Assembly (NCBI GenBank): GCA_040375445.1 | Contig: JBEISK010000004.1 | Span: 2,115-66,114, forward strand | From: Gammaproteobacteria bacterium | GTDB taxonomy: Bacteria > Cyanobacteriota > Vampirovibrionia > Vampirovibrionales > JAJTHC01 | Reading direction: 5' to 3' | Length of the DNA: 64,000 bases | Shown here: piece after piece, positions 35,947-43,848 of the stretch | How the letters are laid out: each line of letters starts with the position of its first letter | Numbering within the stretch: position 1 is the first letter of the stretch | The notes under the pieces: generated by a model | Seen by the model: only the letters and a program-made list of their open reading frames with translations | Database searches by the model: none | Told to the model about the DNA's origin: nothing | Made by a program: the position numbers and the translations under genes

Positions 35947-36738
35947 TTAATACAAGTCACTAAATGCGGAGGGATTCACAGGCATCTCAAGAGCTGCTTG
36001 AGCAATCGCCACACAGGCGGAAGAGCCGATGCGAGTGGCGCCTGCGGCTTGAACGGCAAGGGCGTCTTCTAGGGTACGGATGCCTCCACTGGCTTTGATG
36101 CCTACATGAAAGGCTCCCAAGTCATCGAGCGTTTTGCGAATGAATGCAATGCGTTCAGGCGTGGCTCCGATGCCTCCTTTTAAATAGCCTGTGGATGTTT
36201 TAATGGTGTCAATGTCCGCTTCAACCGCTTGAGCAATGGCAAAACGCAGTTCGTCTTCAGTGAGCAAATCGACTTCTAAAATGAGCTTAATCGGCATGTC
36301 ATCCGCCACCATACGCAGACCTTGCAGTTCTTTGAGCGTGAACTCGCCACCGATTTCATGGTCTTTTTTAAGAAAGGCGACGTTCATTACCACGTCAAAC
36401 TCTTCAGCACCAGAACCTTGTGAAGTCGTGATTTCTTGCAGTTTGGTGCTGGAATAACAAGCCCCAATCACGGGGCATTCTTCGTGATCTTGACGACTTA
36501 CGGGGCGTTCGGGAAAGCCTGCTACCGCTGCAAGAACCACAGTGGTTTTATGCCCCAAGGCTTCACGTGCCGTCAACACGTGTTCAGGACGCACGCAGAC
36601 CGTTGCCATGCCATACTGCTTGGCTTCTTCGCAAAGTTGGCGAACGCTTGCGTGGGCATCTTCGCCGTATTCAAAGCTTAGTTTGGTGTGTTCTAATTTA
36701 CTAATGAGTTGTTCAGCGGGGGAGGGAGCAGTCGTCAT
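35947..36738 (-). CDS. deoC: deoxyribose-phosphate aldolase
   Basis: ...IKTSTGY... and ...GIKASGGIRT... class I aldolase motifs. Likely co-transcribed with 35638..35934. Confidence 0.8.
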   Translation of the reverse strand: MTTAPSPAEQLISKLEHTKLSFEYGEDAHASVRQLCEEAKQYGMATVCVRPEHVLTAREALGHKTTVVLAAVAGFPERPVSRQDHEECPVIGACYSSTKLQEITTSQGSGAEEFDVVMNVAFLKKDHEIGGEFTLKELQGLRMVADDMPIKLILEVDLLTEDELRFAIAQAVEADIDTIKTSTGYLKGGIGATPERIAFIRKTLDDLGAFHVGIKASGGIRTLEDALAVQAAGATRIGSSACVAIAQAALEMPVNPSAFSDLY

Positions 36739-36908
36739 AGAGAAGTAATCCTTTTTCAGTTTGTTAAGTATTTATCATAGCTCTAAACTTTTATTTCATC
36801 AATAGATATATCTGCCAACATTAAGCTTCTTTTTATAGTAGCATTCGTTTTTTTAAGATAGAATAGTAGCATTGCATAGATTATCAAGATTTAAAAGGAC
36901 GCTTTATT

Positions 36909-37850
36909 ATGACAACTCATCACCCCCTTATTATTGTTGGTTCTGGGCCTGCAGGCTTTACGGCAGGTATTTACGCCGCTCGTGCGGATTTAGCCCCTCT
37001 TATTTTTGAAGGCATCCAACCGGGTGGACAGCTGACCATCACCACTGATGTTGAAAACTTCCCTGGCTTTCCCGACGGCATTATGGGGCCAGACCTCATG
37101 GATGCTATGCGGAAACAAGCCCAACGCTTCGGCGCCACCACGGCTTACGAAATGGTGACACACATCGATTTTAGCAAGCGTCCCTTTGCTGTGACCACTG
37201 ACAGTAAAAGCTATACCACCGATGCTTTAATCCTTTGTACAGGAGCTTCCGCCATTACGGGGGGCTTGCCGAATGAAGCGGAACTCATGGGGCATGGACT
37301 TTCCGCCTGTGCAACCTGCGATGCCTTTTTCTTCAGAGGCAAAGAAGTCGTCGTTGTGGGTGGAGGCGATTCGGCTATGGAAGAAGCACATTTCTTGACG
37401 AAATTCGCCTCAAAAGTAACGATTGTGCATCGTCGTGATGCCTTTAGAGCGTCCAAAGCCATGCAAAGCCGTGTGCTTGAAAATCCGAAAATCAACGTGA
37501 GTTGGAACAGTGAAGTCGTGGAACTCATTGGCAACAAAGAAACAGGCTTAACCGCCGTGATGCTTCAAGACAAAGAGGGCACACGTACGAAATTTCCGAC
37601 CGACGGCTTATTTTACGCCATTGGTCATAAACCCAATACCGACTTATTCAAAGGCGTGTTAGATATGAATGACGTGGGCTATTTAAAAGTTGCTTCGCCT
37701 TCGAGTAAAACGAATGTGGAAGGCGTATTTGCCGCTGGCGATGTGTGCGATCCGCATTATCGTCAAGCCATTAGTTCCGCTGGGGCAGGCTGTGTCGCCG
37801 CCATGGATGCGGAGCATTACTTATCTACTCAAGTGACGAGCCTGGTTTAG
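36909..37850 (+). CDS. trxB: thioredoxin-disulfide reductase
   Basis: GSGPAG FAD motif, CATC redox centre, GGGDSAMEEA NADPH motif and GVFAAGD. Confidence 0.9.
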   Translation: MTTHHPLIIVGSGPAGFTAGIYAARADLAPLIFEGIQPGGQLTITTDVENFPGFPDGIMGPDLMDAMRKQAQRFGATTAYEMVTHIDFSKRPFAVTTDSKSYTTDALILCTGASAITGGLPNEAELMGHGLSACATCDAFFFRGKEVVVVGGGDSAMEEAHFLTKFASKVTIVHRRDAFRASKAMQSRVLENPKINVSWNSEVVELIGNKETGLTAVMLQDKEGTRTKFPTDGLFYAIGHKPNTDLFKGVLDMNDVGYLKVASPSSKTNVEGVFAAGDVCDPHYRQAISSAGAGCVAAMDAEHYLSTQVTSLV

Positions 37851-37853
37851 CCC

Positions 37854-38585
37854 ATGCAAGAAGCATCCAACTTAAAAGACAAGGTTATTCTAATTACAGG
37901 TGCCAGTAGTGGCATCGGTAAAGCCATCGCTGAAACGCTCGATGCTTATTCGCCTCGCTTGGTTTTGGTCGCTCGACGTGGGGATCCCCTGCGTGCCTTG
38001 GCGGATACCTTGCAAAGCGAAAGCCTCGTGATTGCGAGCGACTTGCTTGAAACCACGACGCTTGAAAGCCTTGTGGCTCAAGCTGTTGATCGATTTGGAC
38101 GGTTGGATGTCCTCATCAATAATGCGGGTATCGGCGGAAAAGTGGGGCTTTTGCCTGAACTGCCTGATGCTCAAATTAACCAGATGATTAACTTGAATCT
38201 CACCGTGCCGATTTTACTTTCTAAATATGCGGTGGCTCAATTTACGCAACAGGGCGAAGGCGGAACCGTACTCAACATCAATTCCATTGCAGGCAAGTGG
38301 GCGTTTCCCTATTGGAGCGTGTATGATGCCAGCAAAGCGGGCTTGAAAGCCTTTTCTGAAGCGATGAGCGAAGAACAACGTATTAACAACACACGGTTCA
38401 TCAGTATTTACCCTGGGGCTTGTGCAACAGACATTTGGGATAGCGTCGATCTCGCCCAAGCCCCTGATGCGTCGGGGATGCTGGCCCCTCAGCAGGTGGC
38501 GGATGCTGTGGTCTATGCCTTGAATCAACCGCAAGCTCTGCTTATTTCGGATATTACGCTTGTGCCGACCCAAGCCTTATTGTAG
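37854..38585 (+). CDS. short-chain dehydrogenase/reductase
   Basis: TGASSGIGKA, NNAG and YDASK (YxxxK) motifs. Confidence 0.85.
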   Translation: MQEASNLKDKVILITGASSGIGKAIAETLDAYSPRLVLVARRGDPLRALADTLQSESLVIASDLLETTTLESLVAQAVDRFGRLDVLINNAGIGGKVGLLPELPDAQINQMINLNLTVPILLSKYAVAQFTQQGEGGTVLNINSIAGKWAFPYWSVYDASKAGLKAFSEAMSEEQRINNTRFISIYPGACATDIWDSVDLAQAPDASGMLAPQQVADAVVYALNQPQALLISDITLVPTQALL

Positions 38586-38806
38586 AACCGCAAACTTTCC
38601 GACACAATCGGTTGCATCATTAGGTGCAAGTCAAGTCGTTTGCCAGCAATAATGCTATTCCCTCCCCCTGCACGGATACGCTGATAGGCGTCGCCATCCC
38701 AGCACTTGCTTAAGCCTGTGATCGTGCCTGTTTGGTTGTCGTCTTTCATGGAGTGCCCGCCAGCCATAGTAGATCAACACATTAAAGGCGATTGCGAGTT
38801 TGACTT

Positions 38807-39622
38807 TTATCTCTCTCCTGCAAGATCTGCAATACTTGCATTTAAAACAGCCATGGCTATTTTACAAGTATGCTCATCAGGATTAAAGGATGCTGCTATT
38901 TGAGCACGAGGATGCACATAGTTTCTAAAGTCTCGAAGATGCTCACTAAATTTATGAATATCAGCTTTAAGGCTTCCTACTTCTACTGCGGTCTGTATCA
39001 AGTTATTTAGAGTCCAAAAAGCAATACGAAGTGGCTTATCATCTTTGTCTTTTGGAGAAGCCTTTGTTTGATTGTAGATTGTGAAGTTTTTGGAAGCCGT
39101 TTCGAGAAGAAGTGCTTCAAGTATACTGCCACACAAAATCATTGCCGATAAGTAACACTCTGAATTCATGCAACGTTCAAATTCCATAATTCTATCGATT
39201 AGGAGTCTTTGGTAATCAAGAGACAAATCAATTTTTTGTAAATGCTCTAAACTAAACGTTGAAAATTTATCTGTAAGTGTTTCTGTTGAATCTATTGGTT
39301 TTTTAGATGAGTTAGCATTTAACTCACTCAAAACATCTTTTGCTTTTACTATTTTGTTTTGAGGAAATTTTAAATCTTCAGAAATTCTAATTAGTTCTTT
39401 TAAGACCTTAATAATCAACAAACGGTCTTCTTTTTCCAAAAAAATTCTTAATCTTTTTGCTTTACCCTTACCGTTAGTTTTATACTTAGGGTCATCAATA
39501 TTTATACCAAAATCTCGGAAAAATTCAGTAAAGGTTCTATCCGAAAAATTAAGAACATAGCCATCAGACATTTCAAATAAATCTTCAAAAACTACTTTCT
39601 GATGATAACTCAAAACATGCAT
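38807..39622 (-). CDS. AbiJ-like abortive-infection protein candidate (N-terminal AbiJ_NTD-like domain + C-terminal HEPN-like domain)
   Basis: The start is ATG 39622 with GGGAGG 7 nt upstream. The N-terminus is GYVLNFSDRTFTEFFRDFGINIDDPKY...KAKRLRIF. The C-terminus LRDFRNYVHP fits an Rx4-6H HEPN motif. Visibly AT-rich. Confidence 0.55.
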   Translation of the reverse strand: MHVLSYHQKVVFEDLFEMSDGYVLNFSDRTFTEFFRDFGINIDDPKYKTNGKGKAKRLRIFLEKEDRLLIIKVLKELIRISEDLKFPQNKIVKAKDVLSELNANSSKKPIDSTETLTDKFSTFSLEHLQKIDLSLDYQRLLIDRIMEFERCMNSECYLSAMILCGSILEALLLETASKNFTIYNQTKASPKDKDDKPLRIAFWTLNNLIQTAVEVGSLKADIHKFSEHLRDFRNYVHPRAQIAASFNPDEHTCKIAMAVLNASIADLAGER

Positions 39623-39638
39623 ACATAAGCCTCCCAAT

Positions 39639-39670
39639 AACAAAGAAAAATACTCCCAAGGGGATTCGAA
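39639..39670. repeat. 32-bp direct repeat containing a partial tRNA-Glu 3' end (distal att site)
   Basis: AACAAAGAAAAATACTCCCAAGGGGATTCGAA is identical to 48495-48526. The last 20 nt correspond to the 3' end of the tRNA-Glu at 48507-48579. Confidence 0.85.
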
Positions 39671-39797
39671 TGGTGGCATCTAGTGTTTGCAACAATTCTA
39701 TATTCTTTGATATAAATTATTTTTATTCTATTACACTACATTTTACAGCGAAAATAGATTGATGCAATTCTCTTGAAATTGATGGTTTTTGACGAAA

Positions 39798-39830
39798 AAT
39801 TACACAGGAATTACACACGAATTACACCAA
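39798..39830 (+). promoter_or_regulatory. three tandem 11-bp AATTACAC repeats (iteron-like)
   Basis: AATTACACAGG AATTACACACG AATTACACCAA, with a one-helical-turn period, in a 630-bp noncoding stretch. Confidence 0.5.
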
Positions 39831-39959
39831 GTCAAAATCCCTTTTGACGTTGCCTCTTTTTTTCGGGCTTGGCTGGTTGTCATGTAAAGTAAATCCTGAT
39901 TTTTTTACATGATGTGCATTATGTGTAAAAGAAAAGGCGTTTCGTTTACACCTATTTTT

Positions 39960-40005
39960 AAAATCGTCCCCATTGCGATTGCGAAACCTGCGAAAGTTGC
40001 GAAAG
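39960..40005 (+). promoter_or_regulatory. GCGA-type iteron-like repeat, copy 1 of island 2
   Basis: AAAATCGTCCCCATTGCGATTGCGAAACCTGCGAAAGTTGCGAAAGC. Confidence 0.5.
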
Positions 40006-40172
40006 CTCTTGCCTATACCTTGCGGAGATTAACCCTTGTTTACTCCGCAAAAAATGCGGAGATTTATCCGTAAGACGATTATATTCTTGTTATCCTGTCA
40101 TATTGACGCTTTAAACCTATCACGTATGAGAGGATAATCTAATAAAAATGATAGGATAAAATAGCAAGATCT

Positions 40173-40220
40173 AAAATCGCCCCCATTGCGATTGCGGATT
40201 TGCGAAACCTGCGAAAGTGG
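40173..40220 (+). promoter_or_regulatory. GCGA-type iteron-like repeat, copy 2 of island 2
   Basis: AAAATCGCCCCCATTGCGATTGCGGATTTGCGAAACCTGCGAAAGTGG. Confidence 0.5.
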
Positions 40221-40309
40221 AATCTGCCTTATCGTTTAATCAGATACTTTATTATTAAACTTTAATGTGTTATCATTTAACAACTAAAACACTTATTAAA
40301 GGATAATTT

Positions 40310-41476
40310 ATGCCCCCTTCAAATCCTTCACAATATGGCACATACATTCAAAGCACCGCTTCAGGAGAACTCGTCAATGCCTTCATGCCTGCGGACTTGC
40401 CCTTAAACCCTCCCCTCGATCTAAGTTCGCTGGAACCACTGCTTGAAAAAGCCTCCCGCAAGCTTGGAGAGCTGAACGGCATGGCATCCCTATTGCCGAA
40501 TGTGAACCTGTTTTTGTACCATTACATAAGGCAAGAAGCCTTGTTGTCGTCTCAAATTGAGGGAACGCAATCGTCTTACCACGACCTCATGCTCCACGAA
40601 GCTCTAGAAGCCCCGAGCGTGCCACTCGAAGACATCGAAGAGGTGTCGACCTATATCAACGCCATTCATCATGGCATCGCACGCCTGCAAAAAGACGACT
40701 TCCCGCTTTCCCTAAGATTGATCCGTGAAGTGCATGAAAAACTTCTCCACAACACCCGAGGCATGCACAAGCAAGCAGGTCACTTTCGCCAATCTCAAAA
40801 CTGGATAGGCGGTAGTCGCCCGAGTAACGCCCTTTTCGTCCCGCCCCCTCCTGAAAAGCTGGCGGATTTATTGAAAAACCTCGAAGCCTTCATCCATGAA
40901 GAGCAAAGTAACTTGCCCCACTTGGTAAAAGTCGCCATGCTACACTTGCAATTTGAAACCATTCACCCCTTTTTAGATGGCAACGGTCGGGCAGGACGTT
41001 TACTCATCACGCTTTATTTAATTGATAAAGGCATGTTAGATGCCCCTATTTTGTATTTAAGCCTTTACCTTAAAACGCATCGACACACCTATTACCGCTT
41101 GCTTCAAGACGTTCGTCTTGCGGATGGCTGGCTTGAATGGATACGCTTTTTTCTGCAAGGTGTCATAGACACTTGCGATTCGGCTATGGCTCAAACCAAA
41201 GCCCTAAATACCTTAATTGGTACAGATGAAGCAAAGCTTGCCAGTCAAGGCAGACAAAAAGAAACCTTGTTGAGCGTGTTCCAATTTCTCTTGAATAAGC
41301 CTGTCTTGTCGATTCCTTATGCGTCGGAACAACTTGGGCTTTCACAACCGACGGTAACGAAAGCATTTCAAACCCTTGAAGCGTTAGGCATTGTGCAAGA
41401 AGAAAGTGGTAAACAACGAGGCAAGCTTTATGCGTATTCGGCTTATCTTGACGTGTTGAGTAAGCATCAAATCTAA
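40310..41476 (+). CDS. Fic-family protein, class II (N-terminal inhibitory helix, C-terminal wHTH-like domain)
   Basis: Fic motif HPFLDGNGRAGRLL and inhibitory-type motif SSQIEG ([S/T]xxxE[G/N]). AAAGGA SD 6 nt upstream. Confidence 0.8.
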   Translation: MPPSNPSQYGTYIQSTASGELVNAFMPADLPLNPPLDLSSLEPLLEKASRKLGELNGMASLLPNVNLFLYHYIRQEALLSSQIEGTQSSYHDLMLHEALEAPSVPLEDIEEVSTYINAIHHGIARLQKDDFPLSLRLIREVHEKLLHNTRGMHKQAGHFRQSQNWIGGSRPSNALFVPPPPEKLADLLKNLEAFIHEEQSNLPHLVKVAMLHLQFETIHPFLDGNGRAGRLLITLYLIDKGMLDAPILYLSLYLKTHRHTYYRLLQDVRLADGWLEWIRFFLQGVIDTCDSAMAQTKALNTLIGTDEAKLASQGRQKETLLSVFQFLLNKPVLSIPYASEQLGLSQPTVTKAFQTLEALGIVQEESGKQRGKLYAYSAYLDVLSKHQI

Positions 41477-41682
41477 AACGTTTCAGTTTTACCCAAAACT
41501 TCCCAAACACACATGCGTGCGTGTTGCCAACATGCGGTTTTCAATATATTTTCAAATACTTTTTACCCCGCCCCTCCCCCCTTTGCCGAAAATAAGAAAA
41601 GGGGATAGGTGCGACTATTAACTAAACGGTTTTTCAATTCGCCCCGCCTGCGATTGCGAAACCAGCGAAAGTTGCGAAAGTT
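41475..41682. repeat. conserved noncoding module, island 2 copy (inverted relative to 9570-9695)
   Basis: The reverse complement of about 41480-41585 aligns with 9593-9690. A GCGATTGCGAAACCAGCGAAAGTTGCGAAAGT repeat lies at 41650-41682. Confidence 0.7.
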
Positions 41683-41963
41683 TAGACCTCGATTTCATCG
41701 AGTAACGCCTTGCACTGATTCAAAAGCTCCCGCACTTGTTGGCGTTCGGCAATCGCTTCTTTTGTATACAAGCCCGCCTTAAGATTCGCCTGTCGTTGAG
41801 CCTGCTTGCCTTCGAGCGTTTTCGCCCCTGTCGACTTGCCCCCATGAAAGCGACACCGACCGTTCTTCATTGCTGGTTGCGAGCATGGCAAGCCTGAACG
41901 CTTACTGGTGGCTCCACAAGGCTTGAAAAAGTGAAGTTTTGGGACATGGGGTAGGACTTCCAT
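41682..41963 (-). CDS. HGGxSTG-motif protein
   Basis: CGATSKRSGLPCSQPAMKNGRCRFHGGKSTGAKT. Paralog of 10841..11119. Confidence 0.7.
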   Translation of the reverse strand: MEVLPHVPKLHFFKPCGATSKRSGLPCSQPAMKNGRCRFHGGKSTGAKTLEGKQAQRQANLKAGLYTKEAIAERQQVRELLNQCKALLDEIEV

Positions 41964-41966
41964 TTT

Positions 41967-42443
41967 TTACGTCCCTTGTGTCACGACCGCTTGCCCGCCG
42001 TCATTCACATTGACTTGTTGTAAGAAGGTATTGCCCGACTTGCCCCGTAGTTTGGCGAGTGCTTCGGCTTGTTTGGCAAAGGCACCGCTTAACTTTAAAA
42101 TACAATTGGTGAATACTTTTAAACCGCTATGATAGGTTTGATCTTTCAAACGACCACTCATCATAAAAGTTTGTTCTTGAAGCATGAGCATATTTAAGGC
42201 AAGCAAGGCTTCGGTGCTGGATTGTGCCTGTATATCGTGGAGGTATTGCACCACCATGTTCGGATCCATTTCGATTGAGGCACTAGGAAACGTGTTCATA
42301 TATTGGTGAAGCCAGTGCATGGCAAGGGTGGGGCTGGTTGTTCCAAACATAGTGGCTAGCTCGTGAATGTTTTCGTCGTTGCTAAGCGTCCACTGATTTT
42401 CTTCGTTGCGTTCGAATATGGGATACGTTGCCAGTGCGTTCAT
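41967..42443 (-). CDS. conserved island protein, partner of the HGGxSTG protein
   Basis: Ends 3 nt before the HGGxSTG start. The C-terminal region is similar to that of 11106..11696. Confidence 0.6.
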   Translation of the reverse strand: MNALATYPIFERNEENQWTLSNDENIHELATMFGTTSPTLAMHWLHQYMNTFPSASIEMDPNMVVQYLHDIQAQSSTEALLALNMLMLQEQTFMMSGRLKDQTYHSGLKVFTNCILKLSGAFAKQAEALAKLRGKSGNTFLQQVNVNDGGQAVVTQGT

Positions 42444-42537
42444 GCCATGCCCTCCGTGTTGGTTAGGGGTATTATAGCACGTTGTGGGGTTGATTAAAAG
42501 CTAGTGAATACGCTTGATTTACAAGAGAGTGTTAAGA

Positions 42538-42711
42538 ATGGATAGACGGGAGAAAAAGGGGGTACCCCTTCTAGTTTATGCTTTGCTTAAAAAAATCGGC
42601 ACCAAAAAAACAGGAGGCTTGACGTCTTTTATTGAATTTGATAGGATTCTGAAGTTATCCACCTTTTCAAAATCTATAATTAGGGAACTAAAAAATGGGA
42701 AGCGAACCTGA
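42538..42711 (+). CDS. small basic protein, possible DNA-binding regulator
   Basis: MDRREKKGVPLLVYALLKKIGTKKTGGLTSFIEFDRIL.... The internal ATG of track ORF 42514..42711 was used. Weak call. Confidence 0.3.
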   Translation: MDRREKKGVPLLVYALLKKIGTKKTGGLTSFIEFDRILKLSTFSKSIIRELKNGKRT

Positions 42712-43453
42712 TAATTTACAAAGAAAGTTTACAAGACCCCTTGAGCTTGAATGTCACGATTTCCCTAATTTTCCTGATGGACGTAAAACAGAAGCGATGT
42801 GTTTAAAGCAGGTTAAAAAAAATGGGGTCAATTTGCTTTATGTCCCCGACCGTTTAAAAACTTATGAAATGTGTAAAATCGCAGTAACCGACGATTTTTG
42901 TGCGTTTCAATGTGTGCCTGTTAAATTATTAACCCCTGAATTATTTTACATTGCTCAAAAACAAGCAAGTGAAAGAAATCAATTAAAGTTTTTTAAATCA
43001 CTCGATATTTATAAAACCGCCTTGAATGCTCTCTCACTAGATCCTTCTAAAGGTCTTCATGTAGAAAAAAAGCTTGTAAGCCCTAAGCCTAAAAGTGCTA
43101 AAACTTCTAACATTCCTAGTGGGGGAAAAATAAATTGGCTTGAAAGAATAGATAAAGACTGGCGAGAGATTTATCACGTTCCTAAAAATAAAAGAACATT
43201 AGAAATGTATAATCTTGCTTATCGTAAAGATAAAAAAGCACTGAATGATATGCCTAAAAATATAAGAATACAAGTTCAAATAAACAATATCAATGTAGAA
43301 AATTTGATTACTAAAGTTCGGAATAAATGTCGAATTCGGGAACAAATAGAATCAGAGGTTGTTCCATCTACAGATGAACATAAAGGCTCCTTTAGTACTA
43401 ACAGACTGAACAATAAAAATAGAGGGAAAGTGAGAGTTGGTCTTAAAAAATAA
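42695..43453 (+). CDS. DUF4116-like repeat protein
   Basis: MCLKQVKKNGVNLLYVPDRLKTYEMCKIAVTDDFCAFQCVPVKLLTPE resembles the AV.qnG.aLqyvp..l.t.E.c repeat. AT-rich. Confidence 0.45.
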   Translation: MGSEPDNLQRKFTRPLELECHDFPNFPDGRKTEAMCLKQVKKNGVNLLYVPDRLKTYEMCKIAVTDDFCAFQCVPVKLLTPELFYIAQKQASERNQLKFFKSLDIYKTALNALSLDPSKGLHVEKKLVSPKPKSAKTSNIPSGGKINWLERIDKDWREIYHVPKNKRTLEMYNLAYRKDKKALNDMPKNIRIQVQINNINVENLITKVRNKCRIREQIESEVVPSTDEHKGSFSTNRLNNKNRGKVRVGLKK

Positions 43454-43502
43454 AGTCTACGATGTCAACTCTTTTTTCATCAATAAAAACCTTTAAGCCT
43501 TA

Positions 43503-43847
43503 CTAATAGTCCTTAAATAAACGCCTTGCCAAGCTGGTGAGGGCAATGGAGGACTTGTCGTCTAAAAGCCATAGCTGGTGCTTCAGGTGCAACGCCACCG
43601 CTTCCACACGAGCCACCTGCCAGTTTAAGCCTATCGCCACCGTGTACATCGACACAAAGCCCTTTGGCATCAAATAGCGGATCAACGTGTGAACATCTGC
43701 TGGTGAAACTGGTGCATTTTTTTCAAAAGGGCTATGGGGGGAAGTGTCAAAAGTGCCAAAAGGGGGTTTTGTCACTTTTGGCACTGGGTGTATGGTCTGT
43801 TTTTCATTTTTCAATTCCGCTTTCAATACTGCCAGCCAAGTACCCAT
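43503..43847 (-). CDS. conserved island protein, possible wHTH DNA-binding protein
   Basis: Near-identical to 9186..9593 from HPVPKV to TSLARR. Confidence 0.65.
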   Translation of the reverse strand: MGTWLAVLKAELKNEKQTIHPVPKVTKPPFGTFDTSPHSPFEKNAPVSPADVHTLIRYLMPKGFVSMYTVAIGLNWQVARVEAVALHLKHQLWLLDDKSSIALTSLARRLFKDY

Positions 43848-43848
43848 G

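Noticed and set aside
38525-38767. 80-aa minus-strand ORF (MAGGHSMKDDNQTG...) between the SDR gene and the AbiJ-like gene
   Set aside because: It overlaps the SDR 3' end by about 60 nt and has no recognisable motif or SD. It may be a gene remnant, but I cannot support a call.
39798-40220. Possible CRISPR array because of the short direct repeats
   Set aside because: The repeats are only 8-11 bp, or are irregularly spaced long motifs. There is no regular repeat-spacer periodicity and no cas genes in the window.
9279-43790. Idea that a past inversion between the near-identical wHTH genes explains the different gene order of the two islands
   Set aside because: Undoing such an inversion would pair a tRNA-Ile-type repeat with a tRNA-Glu-type repeat on each island. 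The present arrangement already has matched repeats at both islands.
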